Source of the DNA: Betaproteobacteria bacterium
Lineage (GTDB): Bacteria; Pseudomonadota; Gammaproteobacteria; Burkholderiales; SG8-39
Assembly: GCA_947479645.1 (NCBI GenBank)
Contig: CANKAJ010000001.1
Location: forward strand, 75,537 to 139,536
Length of the DNA: 64,000 nt
Direction: 5' to 3'
A program made the position numbers and the translations under genes. Below, in pieces: positions 46,446 to 54,753 of this stretch. Within the stretch, counting starts at the first letter, position 1; each line of letters starts with the position of its first letter. A model generated the notes under the pieces. It had not been told where the DNA came from and did not search any database. It was given only the letters and a program-made list of their open reading frames with translations.

Positions 46446-47198
46446 TCAGCCGGCGCGGCGATTACGGACGATTACACCCGTCGTGAACAGCGCAAAGCCA
46501 ATCAGCGACAGGAAGTACACCAGGTCGCGCGAATCGAGCACGCCTTTCTGGAAACCGTCAAAATGGGTCAACACAGAGAATCCGGCAACCACCTCGACCA
46601 CTGCGGGGCTGGCCCACCGCCCCATCATATTGGTGATCGGTTCGAATCCGACCAGAATCAATGCCATGCACAGAATCAGCGCAAGAATGAAACTGATCAC
46701 CTGGTTGCGGGTAATGGCCGAAGTCATGCAGGCCAGTGCCAGATAAGCTCCTCCCAGCAGAAGGCTGCCGACATAGCCAGCTGCGATCACGCCGTTATCC
46801 GGATTCCCCAGCCAGTTCACCGTCAGTATTACCGGAAAGGTCAATGCCAAAGCAATGGCAATGAAGAGCCAGGAAGCCAGGTACTTGCCCAGGATAGCCT
46901 GCGATATGGTCACCGGCATGGTCAGCAGCAATTCAATCGTGCCCAGGCGCCGCTCTTCTGACCACAGCCGCATGCCGATGGCCGGAACCAGGAACAGGAA
47001 CAGCCAGGGAATGAATCCAAAAAAGGAACCCAACGAAGCTTCGCCTCGCTCAAAAAAGCCCCCCAGCGTGAACGTGAATACACCCGCCAACAGTAGAAAA
47101 ATCACCAGAAACACATACGCGACCGGCGAATCGAAATAGGCCGACAATTCGCGGCCGGTAATAATACGGATCACAGACCAGTTGTTCAATTCTTTCAT
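46446..47198 (-). CDS. ABC-2 type permease (GldF-like)
   Basis: 250-aa protein with six predicted TM helices. Overlaps the ATPase gene by 4 nt. Confidence 0.8.
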   Translation of the reverse strand: MKELNNWSVIRIITGRELSAYFDSPVAYVFLVIFLLLAGVFTFTLGGFFERGEASLGSFFGFIPWLFLFLVPAIGMRLWSEERRLGTIELLLTMPVTISQAILGKYLASWLFIAIALALTFPVILTVNWLGNPDNGVIAAGYVGSLLLGGAYLALACMTSAITRNQVISFILALILCMALILVGFEPITNMMGRWASPAVVEVVAGFSVLTHFDGFQKGVLDSRDLVYFLSLIGFALFTTGVIVRNRRAG

Positions 47199-48229
47199 TG
47201 CCTTTCCTCCACCACTTGCGCTGCAGGCGCTGATTCAGCTTCAGTTGCTCCACCCACAGCCATTGCCTGGGCCGTATCGGACATGGTGATGGCGCGGAAA
47301 ACTTCGTCCAGCCGACCTTCCTCAGTCCGAAACGACTCGATTTTCCAGTTCTCCCGTACCGCCAATTCGACGATCGCTCCAGCCAGAGCGCCTTGTGCCG
47401 CACCCGGCAATGCACCTTTTTGCGGAAACACGCGTAGTGCCGCCCGCGCGCTATCGTCCTGAAGAATTTCGGTTTTGAGAACACTGGGCAAGCCGGCAAG
47501 GCGGCTTACCACGTCCGACGCGGACACCCCGCCCAGTACCAACGCAACGGCGCCGGCACGCTCGGAGCGCGCCCGCAACTCCTCTGGCGTCCCGGTGGCC
47601 ACAATTCGACCGCGATCAATGATGATGGTACGGGAACAGGCCTCGTCCACTTCCTCAAGGATGTGTGTAGAGAAAATAATTGCCTTGGTCTCACCCATGC
47701 GCCGAATCAAGGTGCGCATCTCATGCTTCTGATTGGGATCAAGTCCATCGGTGGGTTCGTCCAGCACCAGCACGTCCGGATCATGGATCAAAGCCTGGGC
47801 AAAGCAGGTGCGGTGGCGAAATCCCTTGGACAAGGTATCGATGCTCTGACCTATCACCGACTCCAGAGAGCATAGCTCCACGGCACGGCGCACTGCGCGC
47901 CGTTGATCTTCGCCGGCCAGGCCCCGAAGAGCTGCGATGAACTTCAGAAATGACAATACCGTCATCTCTCCGTACGAAGGCGCGGACTCGGGCAAGTATC
48001 CGATGCGGCGCTTGCCGGGAATCGGGTCTTCCAGCATGTCATGGCCGCAAATACTCACCCGGCCGGAAGAGGGTGGGATGAAGCCGGTCAGGATTCGCAT
48101 GGTCGTGGACTTGCCAGAACCATTAGGCCCGATAAAGCCCAGAACTTCGCCTTTTTCCACCTCAAAGGACACGTCGTTGACGGCCTGCTTCTGTCCAAAC
48201 GACTTGAACAGGTGTTCAACCTTGATCAT
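47195..48229 (-). CDS. ABC transporter ATP-binding protein (GldA-like) with ~100-aa C-terminal extension
   Basis: Trimmed to ATG 48229, which has an AGGAGG Shine-Dalgarno 7-12 nt upstream. Walker A GPNGSGKST, signature LSKGFRHR, Walker B VLVLDEP. Confidence 0.9.
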   Translation of the reverse strand: MIKVEHLFKSFGQKQAVNDVSFEVEKGEVLGFIGPNGSGKSTTMRILTGFIPPSSGRVSICGHDMLEDPIPGKRRIGYLPESAPSYGEMTVLSFLKFIAALRGLAGEDQRRAVRRAVELCSLESVIGQSIDTLSKGFRHRTCFAQALIHDPDVLVLDEPTDGLDPNQKHEMRTLIRRMGETKAIIFSTHILEEVDEACSRTIIIDRGRIVATGTPEELRARSERAGAVALVLGGVSASDVVSRLAGLPSVLKTEILQDDSARAALRVFPQKGALPGAAQGALAGAIVELAVRENWKIESFRTEEGRLDEVFRAITMSDTAQAMAVGGATEAESAPAAQVVEERQ

Positions 48230-48816
48230 TAACACTCCTCCTGCCGGCAATGATGGATGGCCGGCGCTTCCTTTGCAGATTGCTGCAGAAAATATGGGCA
48301 GCACACTGTGATTTCAAGTCCTGACTTCAAGCCTTGGGTTACAAACGGCGCACCGCGTCTCGCGCCAGTCGCCTTGACTGTGCAGCACACTCAAAAACGC
48401 CCGGCATCATAAGCCGTAGCTGCGACGCTGTCTTCCGGATTAATGCAAACCACACACAGTTCTTCAGCCAAATATACTCATAATAAACTGGTAGCCCTTA
48501 TCCAAGATGCCACTAATACCGTATTAGTATCAATCGAAACCCTTGAACTGCCCCGCCGACCGGCCTCACGCCAACCCATGCAGGCGCCGACTATACACAA
48601 TAATTTGGTGTTGTACGCAGCACAGGCGGAGGCCGCTATGCATAAAATGGATCAAAGTCCTTCAAATTGGTTCCGGCAATCTCGCCAAATCGTGGAAGGC
48701 GCGCGCGCGATAGCGTAAAATTCTGCGTCTTTGGTGGCCGATGACCAATTGTTTCGGTTGAAAGAAGGGAGTAGTCAGTGCGACTCACCCTGACGCCAAG
48801 TTTTCAAGGATTGCGC

Positions 48817-49140
48817 ATGACCTACGTCGTTACCGAAAACTGTATCAAGTGCAAGCACACCGATTGCGTTGATGTCTGTCCCGTTGACTGCTTTCGCGAG
48901 GGCCCCAATTTTCTGGTCATTGAGCCGGACGAGTGCATCGATTGCGGTGTCTGCATTCCGGAGTGCCCGGTCAACGCCATATTCGCAGAAGAAGATGTTC
49001 CGGAGAACCAGCGTGCCTTCATTGCGCTGAATGTTGAACTGGCGCGCGGATGGCCCACCATTACGCAAAAGAAAGACGCGCCTGAGGATGCCGAGCAATG
49101 GAAGGATGTAGAAGGAAAGATGAAATATCTTGAACGATGA
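48817..49140 (+). CDS. fdxA: 7Fe-type ferredoxin (Azotobacter FdxA-like, [3Fe-4S][4Fe-4S])
   Basis: Trimmed to ATG 48817, with AAGGA upstream. [26 protein letters not shown]...[16 protein letters not shown] is the canonical sequence. 107 aa. Confidence 0.93.
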   Translation: MTYVVTENCIKCKHTDCVDVCPVDCFREGPNFLVIEPDECIDCGVCIPECPVNAIFAEEDVPENQRAFIALNVELARGWPTITQKKDAPEDAEQWKDVEGKMKYLER

Positions 49141-52100
49141 AGGTAGCAAGGCCGAACAGGCACTGAAACTTGGCTTCGGCCTGCAGTTTGCTGATCTCTA
49201 CGCCCGCGACGGCCTGGCCAAGCTGGATACGCAATTCAGCAATTTTCTGACTGCTGCGGCACCGGAACTGGCCGACCAATTAGGTGCGGCGCGAGCACAT
49301 CCCGAAACCGTCGAGCTCCGGAGTGAATCGGCGCTGTTGCTCGGTCTTGCCCCGCACCTGGAGCAATTTCTAGCCCAGTTGTTCGGCATCGCCGATGATG
49401 TCCTGACACTGGACCGGCGCCATGACGAACTGGCGCCTGTCTATGAAATCAAACGTCGTTTCGTGCAGCGCCAGGCCGTTGCAAAAATAAAGCCAGCGGA
49501 AGCAGCAACCCTGGATGGGCTGGCCCTTGAGGCTGGACTGCGCAACCTGTTCGGAGGGCAATTCGACGAACTCACGTTTGCGACTCATGTCACCGCGTGG
49601 CTCGCCGATGAGACAACTCAGCCGGACAAGCACGCCGACAAGCTCAATCTGGCGCTACGCTACGCCGCCTGGGCGTTGCAGACCCCACAGGGTCGCGAGC
49701 ACACCCGGGCTGGTGTCCTGTTCAAAGCACCGGCCAAGATCGACCCGAGCAATCTCATCCCCCATGCCGAAAAGCAGGTCGCTGATGGCGTGACCAGCTT
49801 TCGTATCGCGCCGGAACACCTGCGCCGCCGCGAAGGCTTTGCGCTGACCGACCACGGCACCGACCTGGTCGGTGCCCTTGACGAAGCAAACTATTGCATC
49901 TGGTGCCACAAGCAGGGCAAGGACTCCTGCTCGCGCGGCCTGCGCGACAAACCCCCCGTTGATGCACCACAGAAAATCGTTTTCAAGAAAAGCGCTTTCG
50001 GGGTCACCCTGGCAGGCTGCCCGCTGGAAGAAAAGATTTCCGAATTCCACAGTGCCAAGGCCCAAGGGCTGGCATTAGCGGCACTGGCTATCATCACCAT
50101 CGACAACCCGATGGTGGCGGCCACCGGCCATCGCATCTGCAATGACTGCATGAAGGCCTGCATCTACCAGAAGCAGGAACCCGTTGACATTCCCCAAGCG
50201 GAAACACGCACCCTCAAGGATGTGCTGGAACTGCCATGGGGCTTTGAGATCTACTCATTGCTGACGCGCTGGAATCCGCTCAATATCCACCGCCCGCTGC
50301 CACTGGCGGCGTCCGGACGCAAGGTACTGATTGTCGGCATGGGCCCGGCTGGCTTCACCCTCGCCCATCACCTGATGAATGACGGCCATGTCGTGGCTGG
50401 CATCGATGGGCTCAAGATTGAACCCTTGCCTGCGTCGCTGTCGGGCGTCAATCCCGATGGCTCACGCCGGCCGTTTGAGCCGGTACGCGACATTAACAGT
50501 CTGTATGAAGCGCTCGACGAGCGCGTCATGGCCGGCTTCGGCGGTGTCGCCGAGTACGGCATCACGGTGCGCTGGAACAAGAATTTCCTGAAAACCATCC
50601 GGCTGTTGCTCGAGCGGCGCGCCGAATTCGCACTGTATGGCGGAGTCCGCTTCGGCGGAACGCTGGGCGTCGAAGATGCACAATCGCTCGGTTTTGACCA
50701 CATCGCCCTTTGCATGGGTGCGGGCAAGCCCACTGTGCTGGACATTCCCAACGGCCTCGCGCGCGGCGTGCGCACGGCATCGGATTTCCTGATGGCGCTG
50801 CAACTGACCGGCGCCGCCAAAGCCGAATCAATTGCCAACATGCAATTGCGCCTTCCGGTGGTCGTCATCGGCGGGGGCTTGACAGCCATTGATACCGCCA
50901 CGGAATCATTGGCTTACTACACCGTGCAGGTGGAGAAATTCCTGGCGCGTTACGAAGCACTTGTCGCCGCCAATGCGGGCGGCGAGGATGCCGTGCGGGC
51001 CGCCTGGTCAGACGAAGAACGCGAAATTGGCGAGGAATTTCTGGCCCACGCACGCGCCATCCGTGCCGAACGTGCCATCGCTGCCAGTGAAGGCCGAACC
51101 GCGCTCATCATCGAACTGCTTCAGGCCTGGGGCGGCGTCACCGTTGCCTATCGCCGGCGCATGATCGACAGCCCTTCCTACACCCTCAACCACGAGGAAA
51201 TCGAAAAGGCGCTGGAAGAAGGCATTGTCTTTTCAGAGGGCCTGATACCGCAATCCATTGATCTGGATAATTACGGCGCGGTACGCAATATCCATTTTCG
51301 AAAACGCGACCCGGGCGCTGTCGGTACCTCCGAAGAGACCGGCATACATACCCTTCCCGCCCATACCATCTTTATTGCCGCCGGCACGCAGCCCAATACG
51401 GTGCTGGCACGCGAAGACGCCAGCCATTTCACGCTTGACGGAAAGTATTTCCGCGCCTGCGATGAAGAAGGAAAGCCGGTCAAACCGGCTTATTCCATAT
51501 CCAAACCGGAACAGACACAGGTGCTGCTGTCTCGCCTTGACGACGGCAGGTTCATCAGTTTTTTTGGCGATCTGCATCCGTCCTACTTTGGCAATGTCGT
51601 CAAGGCGATGGGCTCGGCACGCCAGGGGTATCCGCAGGTTTCGCGCGTACTGTCCCGACAGCAACCACGCAATACCACGACTACCGAAGCATTCTTCGCC
51701 GGACTGGGCCGTGACCTGCTGGCAACGGTCGAGCGAGTCGTGCGCCTGACGCCGACCATCATTGAGGTCGTCGTGCGTGCGCCGCTGGCTGCGCGCAAGT
51801 TCCAACCGGGGCAGTTCTATCGGCTGCAGAATTACGAGGTACTGGCGCCGCTCGTACTTGAAGAAGATCGCGATGGCGCCCCCCAATCGACCCGTCTGCA
51901 GATGGAAGGCCTCGCCCTGACCGGCGCCTGGGTGGACCGCGAACAAGGCCTGGTGTCGGTCATCGTGCTTGAGATGGGCGGGTCGTCCAATCTGTGCGCA
52001 ATGCTGAAACCGGGCGAACGGGTTGTGCTGATGGGGCCAACCGGCGCACCGACACATGTGGCTGCAGGCGAAACCGCGATGCTGGTTGGCGGCGGCCTTG

Positions 52101-52723
52101 GCAATGCAGTGCTTTTTTCCATTGGACAAGCCTTTCGCGCAGCCGGATCCAAAGTGCTCTACTTTGCTGGCTACAAGCAGGTCATCGACCGTTACAAGGT
52201 TGCCGATATTGAAGCTGCAGCAGATGTCATCGTCTGGTGCTGCGACGAGTCGCCCGGCTTCACGCCGACCCGCCCGCAGGACCGCACTTTTGTCGGCAAC
52301 ATCGTACAAGCTATGCAGGCCTATGCATCGGGACGCCTGGGCACGCAGGAACTGCTCATGCAGGACGCCGACCGCATCATTGCAATTGGTTCGGACCGCA
52401 TGATGTCGGCCGTGGCGCGTGCGCGCCACGACGTACTGCGCACCTACCTCAAGGCCGAACACCTCGCCATCGGTTCCATCAACTCACCGATGCAATGCAT
52501 GATGAAAGAGATCTGTGCCCAGTGCCTGCAACCGCAGCGCGACCCGAGCACGGGCAAGATATCCTACGTATTCTCCTGCTTTAATCAGGACCAACCGCTG
52601 GACGAAGTGGATTTCGGTGGTCTGTCCGATCGGCTCAGGCAGAATTCATTACAGGAAAAACTAACCGCACAGTGGATACGGCATGTGCTGCCCGAGGCAA
52701 AGAAACTGACCCCAGCCGTATAA
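49130..52723 (+). CDS. 1197-aa multidomain Fe-S flavoprotein: unassigned N-terminal domain + GltD/NfnB-like module + PyrK/NfnA-like module
   Basis: Cys clusters at residues 256/259/267/297 and 337/340/344. Rossmann motifs VGMGPAG (402-408) and [13 protein letters not shown] (578-590). The C-terminal FNR-like region includes [11 protein letters not shown] and C1123-x5-C-x2-C-x17-C. The start is a TTG that overlaps the fdxA stop. Confidence 0.8.
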   Translation: MNDEGSKAEQALKLGFGLQFADLYARDGLAKLDTQFSNFLTAAAPELADQLGAARAHPETVELRSESALLLGLAPHLEQFLAQLFGIADDVLTLDRRHDELAPVYEIKRRFVQRQAVAKIKPAEAATLDGLALEAGLRNLFGGQFDELTFATHVTAWLADETTQPDKHADKLNLALRYAAWALQTPQGREHTRAGVLFKAPAKIDPSNLIPHAEKQVADGVTSFRIAPEHLRRREGFALTDHGTDLVGALDEANYCIWCHKQGKDSCSRGLRDKPPVDAPQKIVFKKSAFGVTLAGCPLEEKISEFHSAKAQGLALAALAIITIDNPMVAATGHRICNDCMKACIYQKQEPVDIPQAETRTLKDVLELPWGFEIYSLLTRWNPLNIHRPLPLAASGRKVLIVGMGPAGFTLAHHLMNDGHVVAGIDGLKIEPLPASLSGVNPDGSRRPFEPVRDINSLYEALDERVMAGFGGVAEYGITVRWNKNFLKTIRLLLERRAEFALYGGVRFGGTLGVEDAQSLGFDHIALCMGAGKPTVLDIPNGLARGVRTASDFLMALQLTGAAKAESIANMQLRLPVVVIGGGLTAIDTATESLAYYTVQVEKFLARYEALVAANAGGEDAVRAAWSDEEREIGEEFLAHARAIRAERAIAASEGRTALIIELLQAWGGVTVAYRRRMIDSPSYTLNHEEIEKALEEGIVFSEGLIPQSIDLDNYGAVRNIHFRKRDPGAVGTSEETGIHTLPAHTIFIAAGTQPNTVLAREDASHFTLDGKYFRACDEEGKPVKPAYSISKPEQTQVLLSRLDDGRFISFFGDLHPSYFGNVVKAMGSARQGYPQVSRVLSRQQPRNTTTTEAFFAGLGRDLLATVERVVRLTPTIIEVVVRAPLAARKFQPGQFYRLQNYEVLAPLVLEEDRDGAPQSTRLQMEGLALTGAWVDREQGLVSVIVLEMGGSSNLCAMLKPGERVVLMGPTGAPTHVAAGETAMLVGGGLGNAVLFSIGQAFRAAGSKVLYFAGYKQVIDRYKVADIEAAADVIVWCCDESPGFTPTRPQDRTFVGNIVQAMQAYASGRLGTQELLMQDADRIIAIGSDRMMSAVARARHDVLRTYLKAEHLAIGSINSPMQCMMKEICAQCLQPQRDPSTGKISYVFSCFNQDQPLDEVDFGGLSDRLRQNSLQEKLTAQWIRHVLPEAKKLTPAV

Positions 52724-52813
52724 CTTTCGCTCCTGGTCATGGCCGCGAGTTGGCCGGGCTCAAGGCGTTATTCTCGGGCAAAGCATTATCCCGTATCAAC
52801 GACATACAGCCGC

Positions 52814-53977
52814 ATGAAGCCCATCTATTCGCTTGCCGTATTCGCCTGCCTGACGCAGGGAATATTCACGGGCGGGCGCTTCCTGGTTGCGCTGTACGCG
52901 GCGAATCAACAGGCATCAACGCTTGTGATCGGTGTGCTGATATCCCTGTTCTCGCTGGCGCCCACCTTTGGGTCGGTGCCGGCCGGCCGCATTGCAGACC
53001 GTGTCGGCACGCGCTGGCCCATGCTGACTTGCATGACATTGCTGACGCTGGGCATGTGCCTGCCACTCGTCCTGCCAGGTGTTATGCCCCTATTCGTCAC
53101 GGCGCCGCTCGTCGGTGGCGCCTATTTTGCACTCTACCTGTGCACCAATACCCTGGCCAACAGTCTGAGCAGCAAATCCGATCGAGCAGCCAATTTTGCA
53201 CGGCTGAGCGTTGGCGTGTCATCAGGGCAGGCGCTGGGGCCCCTGTGTGCGGGACTGCTGATCGATCATCACAGCCACGCCGCCGCCTTCGTGCTGATGG
53301 CGATATTGCCACTGGCTTCCCATGTCTGGTTCGTTCTGCTGGGCCTTCAGCACACCCCATCAAAGCCTCAGAAGGAGTCGGATCACAGTCGTGGCGCGCT
53401 TGATCTACTGCGATTTCACAATCTGCGGCCGGTGCTGTTCCTCAGCACTATGTTCATCCTGGCAGCCGATGTCTTTGTCGTCATGGTGCCGATCTATGGA
53501 CTGCAGTTACGCTTGTCAGCATCAGAAATGGGTATGATCGCCAGTGCCTTCTCGGTGGCGTCATTCTCGGTGCGCGCCATGTCAGCTCGCCTAGTTGACT
53601 ATTTCACCATCTGGCAATTAATGATCATGGCGCTGGTGCTGGCCGGCACCGGCATCATGCTGATCGGCGCAGTGACCACGCTGCCTCTGCTGATGCTATT
53701 TGCTTTTGCCAGCGGCCTGGGCCAGGGACTGGGCGCGCCGATGTCAACCTCCGCGGTCTATGAAGTGGCACCGCCCGAACACGCCAGTGAAGCCATGGGG
53801 TTGCGACTGTCTCTGGGCATGGCCACGCAGGTCGTCTTGCCAATCATCATTGGCAGCATCGGAGCGTTCCTGACGGCGGAACCCGTATTCTATGTCTGTG
53901 GATTGATGCTTATCGGTGCGGCAGCTACGCAGCACCGCCAGTGGCGCCGCAAAACGGTGGAACAACCCGGAGAATGA
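52814..53977 (+). CDS. MFS transporter (substrate unknown)
   Basis: About 12 hydrophobic segments and a loop motif GRIADRVGTR (MFS motif A). The start is ambiguous: ATG 52739 or 52814. Confidence 0.8.
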   Translation: MKPIYSLAVFACLTQGIFTGGRFLVALYAANQQASTLVIGVLISLFSLAPTFGSVPAGRIADRVGTRWPMLTCMTLLTLGMCLPLVLPGVMPLFVTAPLVGGAYFALYLCTNTLANSLSSKSDRAANFARLSVGVSSGQALGPLCAGLLIDHHSHAAAFVLMAILPLASHVWFVLLGLQHTPSKPQKESDHSRGALDLLRFHNLRPVLFLSTMFILAADVFVVMVPIYGLQLRLSASEMGMIASAFSVASFSVRAMSARLVDYFTIWQLMIMALVLAGTGIMLIGAVTTLPLLMLFAFASGLGQGLGAPMSTSAVYEVAPPEHASEAMGLRLSLGMATQVVLPIIIGSIGAFLTAEPVFYVCGLMLIGAAATQHRQWRRKTVEQPGE

Positions 53978-54023
53978 GGAGGTTCGGACAGCGGGGATCG
54001 AATTCAGAGTAACAAGAGCATTG

Positions 54024-54042
54024 GATGATGATAATAATCATC
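54024..54042. promoter_or_regulatory. Fur-box-like 19-mer GATGATGATAATAATCATC
   Basis: Hand alignment to the E. coli Fur consensus GATAATGATAATCATTATC gives 16/19 identities. The site is itself a near-perfect palindrome (8 of 9 arm positions). Confidence 0.45.
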
Positions 54043-54052
54043 CCGTTTCCTA

Positions 54053-54081
54053 TTGATTAATGATTACCTATTCTTTATACT
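54053..54081 (+). promoter_or_regulatory. Orphan sigma70-like promoter TTGATT-17 nt-TATACT with no ORF downstream
   Basis: -35 at 54053-54058 and -10 at 54076-54081, with an exact 17-nt spacer. It points into the 3' end of the convergent DUF1178 gene. Confidence 0.4.
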
Positions 54082-54160
54082 GAGTACATTTTAAAATCAG
54101 CCAATGCGCTCTCCGGGAGGACCGAAAGGCGGCTGCTGAGTCCCGAGAAACCCATCCCCG

Positions 54161-54598
54161 CTAATGCCAATCGCCCTGTGGCGGAATCGGCAACGGCATG
54201 ACAGGCACGCCCTCCTCCAGCAATTCCTCGGTTTCTTCGCGGGACGCGATACCGCGAATGCTTCGAGCAGGCGTCTCCTCGCGATGGATACGGCGAGCTT
54301 CGGCAGCGAATTGCGTGCCGACATCTTCGGAATTTTTCAGTACGTGGTCGATAAACTCATTCAACGTGACTTGCGATGGTGCGGCAACCGGCACGGATTT
54401 CTCCTTGCTCGGCACGGCAGGAGCCGACGGCGACTCCATCTTTCGGATCTTCGCAGTCAGCAGTTTCTCAATGCCAACATCGCCACAATTTGGGCAGGAC
54501 AACAATCCCCTCTGCTTCTGCCCATCAAAATCCTCAGGCGAAGCGAACCATCCCTCGAAGCGGTGGTGTTTGGTGCAAATAAGCTCAAATACGATCAT
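54161..54598 (-). CDS. DUF1178-family zinc-ribbon protein
   Basis: MIVFELICTKHHRFEGWFASPEDFDGQKQRGLLSCPNCG matches the conserved DUF1178 N-terminus. Confidence 0.7.
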   Translation of the reverse strand: MIVFELICTKHHRFEGWFASPEDFDGQKQRGLLSCPNCGDVGIEKLLTAKIRKMESPSAPAVPSKEKSVPVAAPSQVTLNEFIDHVLKNSEDVGTQFAAEARRIHREETPARSIRGIASREETEELLEEGVPVMPLPIPPQGDWH

Positions 54599-54753
54599 TT
54601 TGATTTGTACTACGCAACCGGCACAGTCGGACTATATCTTATTACGTCACTTCGGAACCGTGAGTTGAGGGGAGATTGCGGGCTCATGATTCAAAGCCCG
54701 TTTCATCAATGCAGACGAAATACACTATTCCAGGACCAGCGCCGAAAAACAAC

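Noticed and set aside
51233-52462. 409-codon minus-strand ORF antisense to the 1197-aa gene. Similar long antisense ORFs occur at 55078-56112 (344 aa), 56633-57925 (430 aa), 45308-46219 (303 aa), 40457-41122 (221 aa) and 37805-38446 (213 aa).
   Set aside because: All lie opposite genes that have clear family motifs. Their translations are Arg/Ala/Gly/His-rich with no motifs or TM pattern. They appear only in the GC-rich half, where stop codons are rare on the antisense strand. These are classic shadow ORFs.
52672-53403. 243-aa plus-strand ORF overlapping the MFS transporter gene in another frame.
   Set aside because: Its translation is low-complexity and Arg/Ala/Pro/Gly-rich. The competing frame gives about 12 regular hydrophobic helices and the MFS loop motif GRIADRVGTR.
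54023-54043. The hairpin GGATGAT-gataata-ATCATCC read simply as the MFS gene terminator.
   Set aside because: Not fully rejected. The stem is AT-rich and weak with no following T-run, and the same bases match the Fur consensus at 16/19. I therefore report it primarily as a candidate Fur site.
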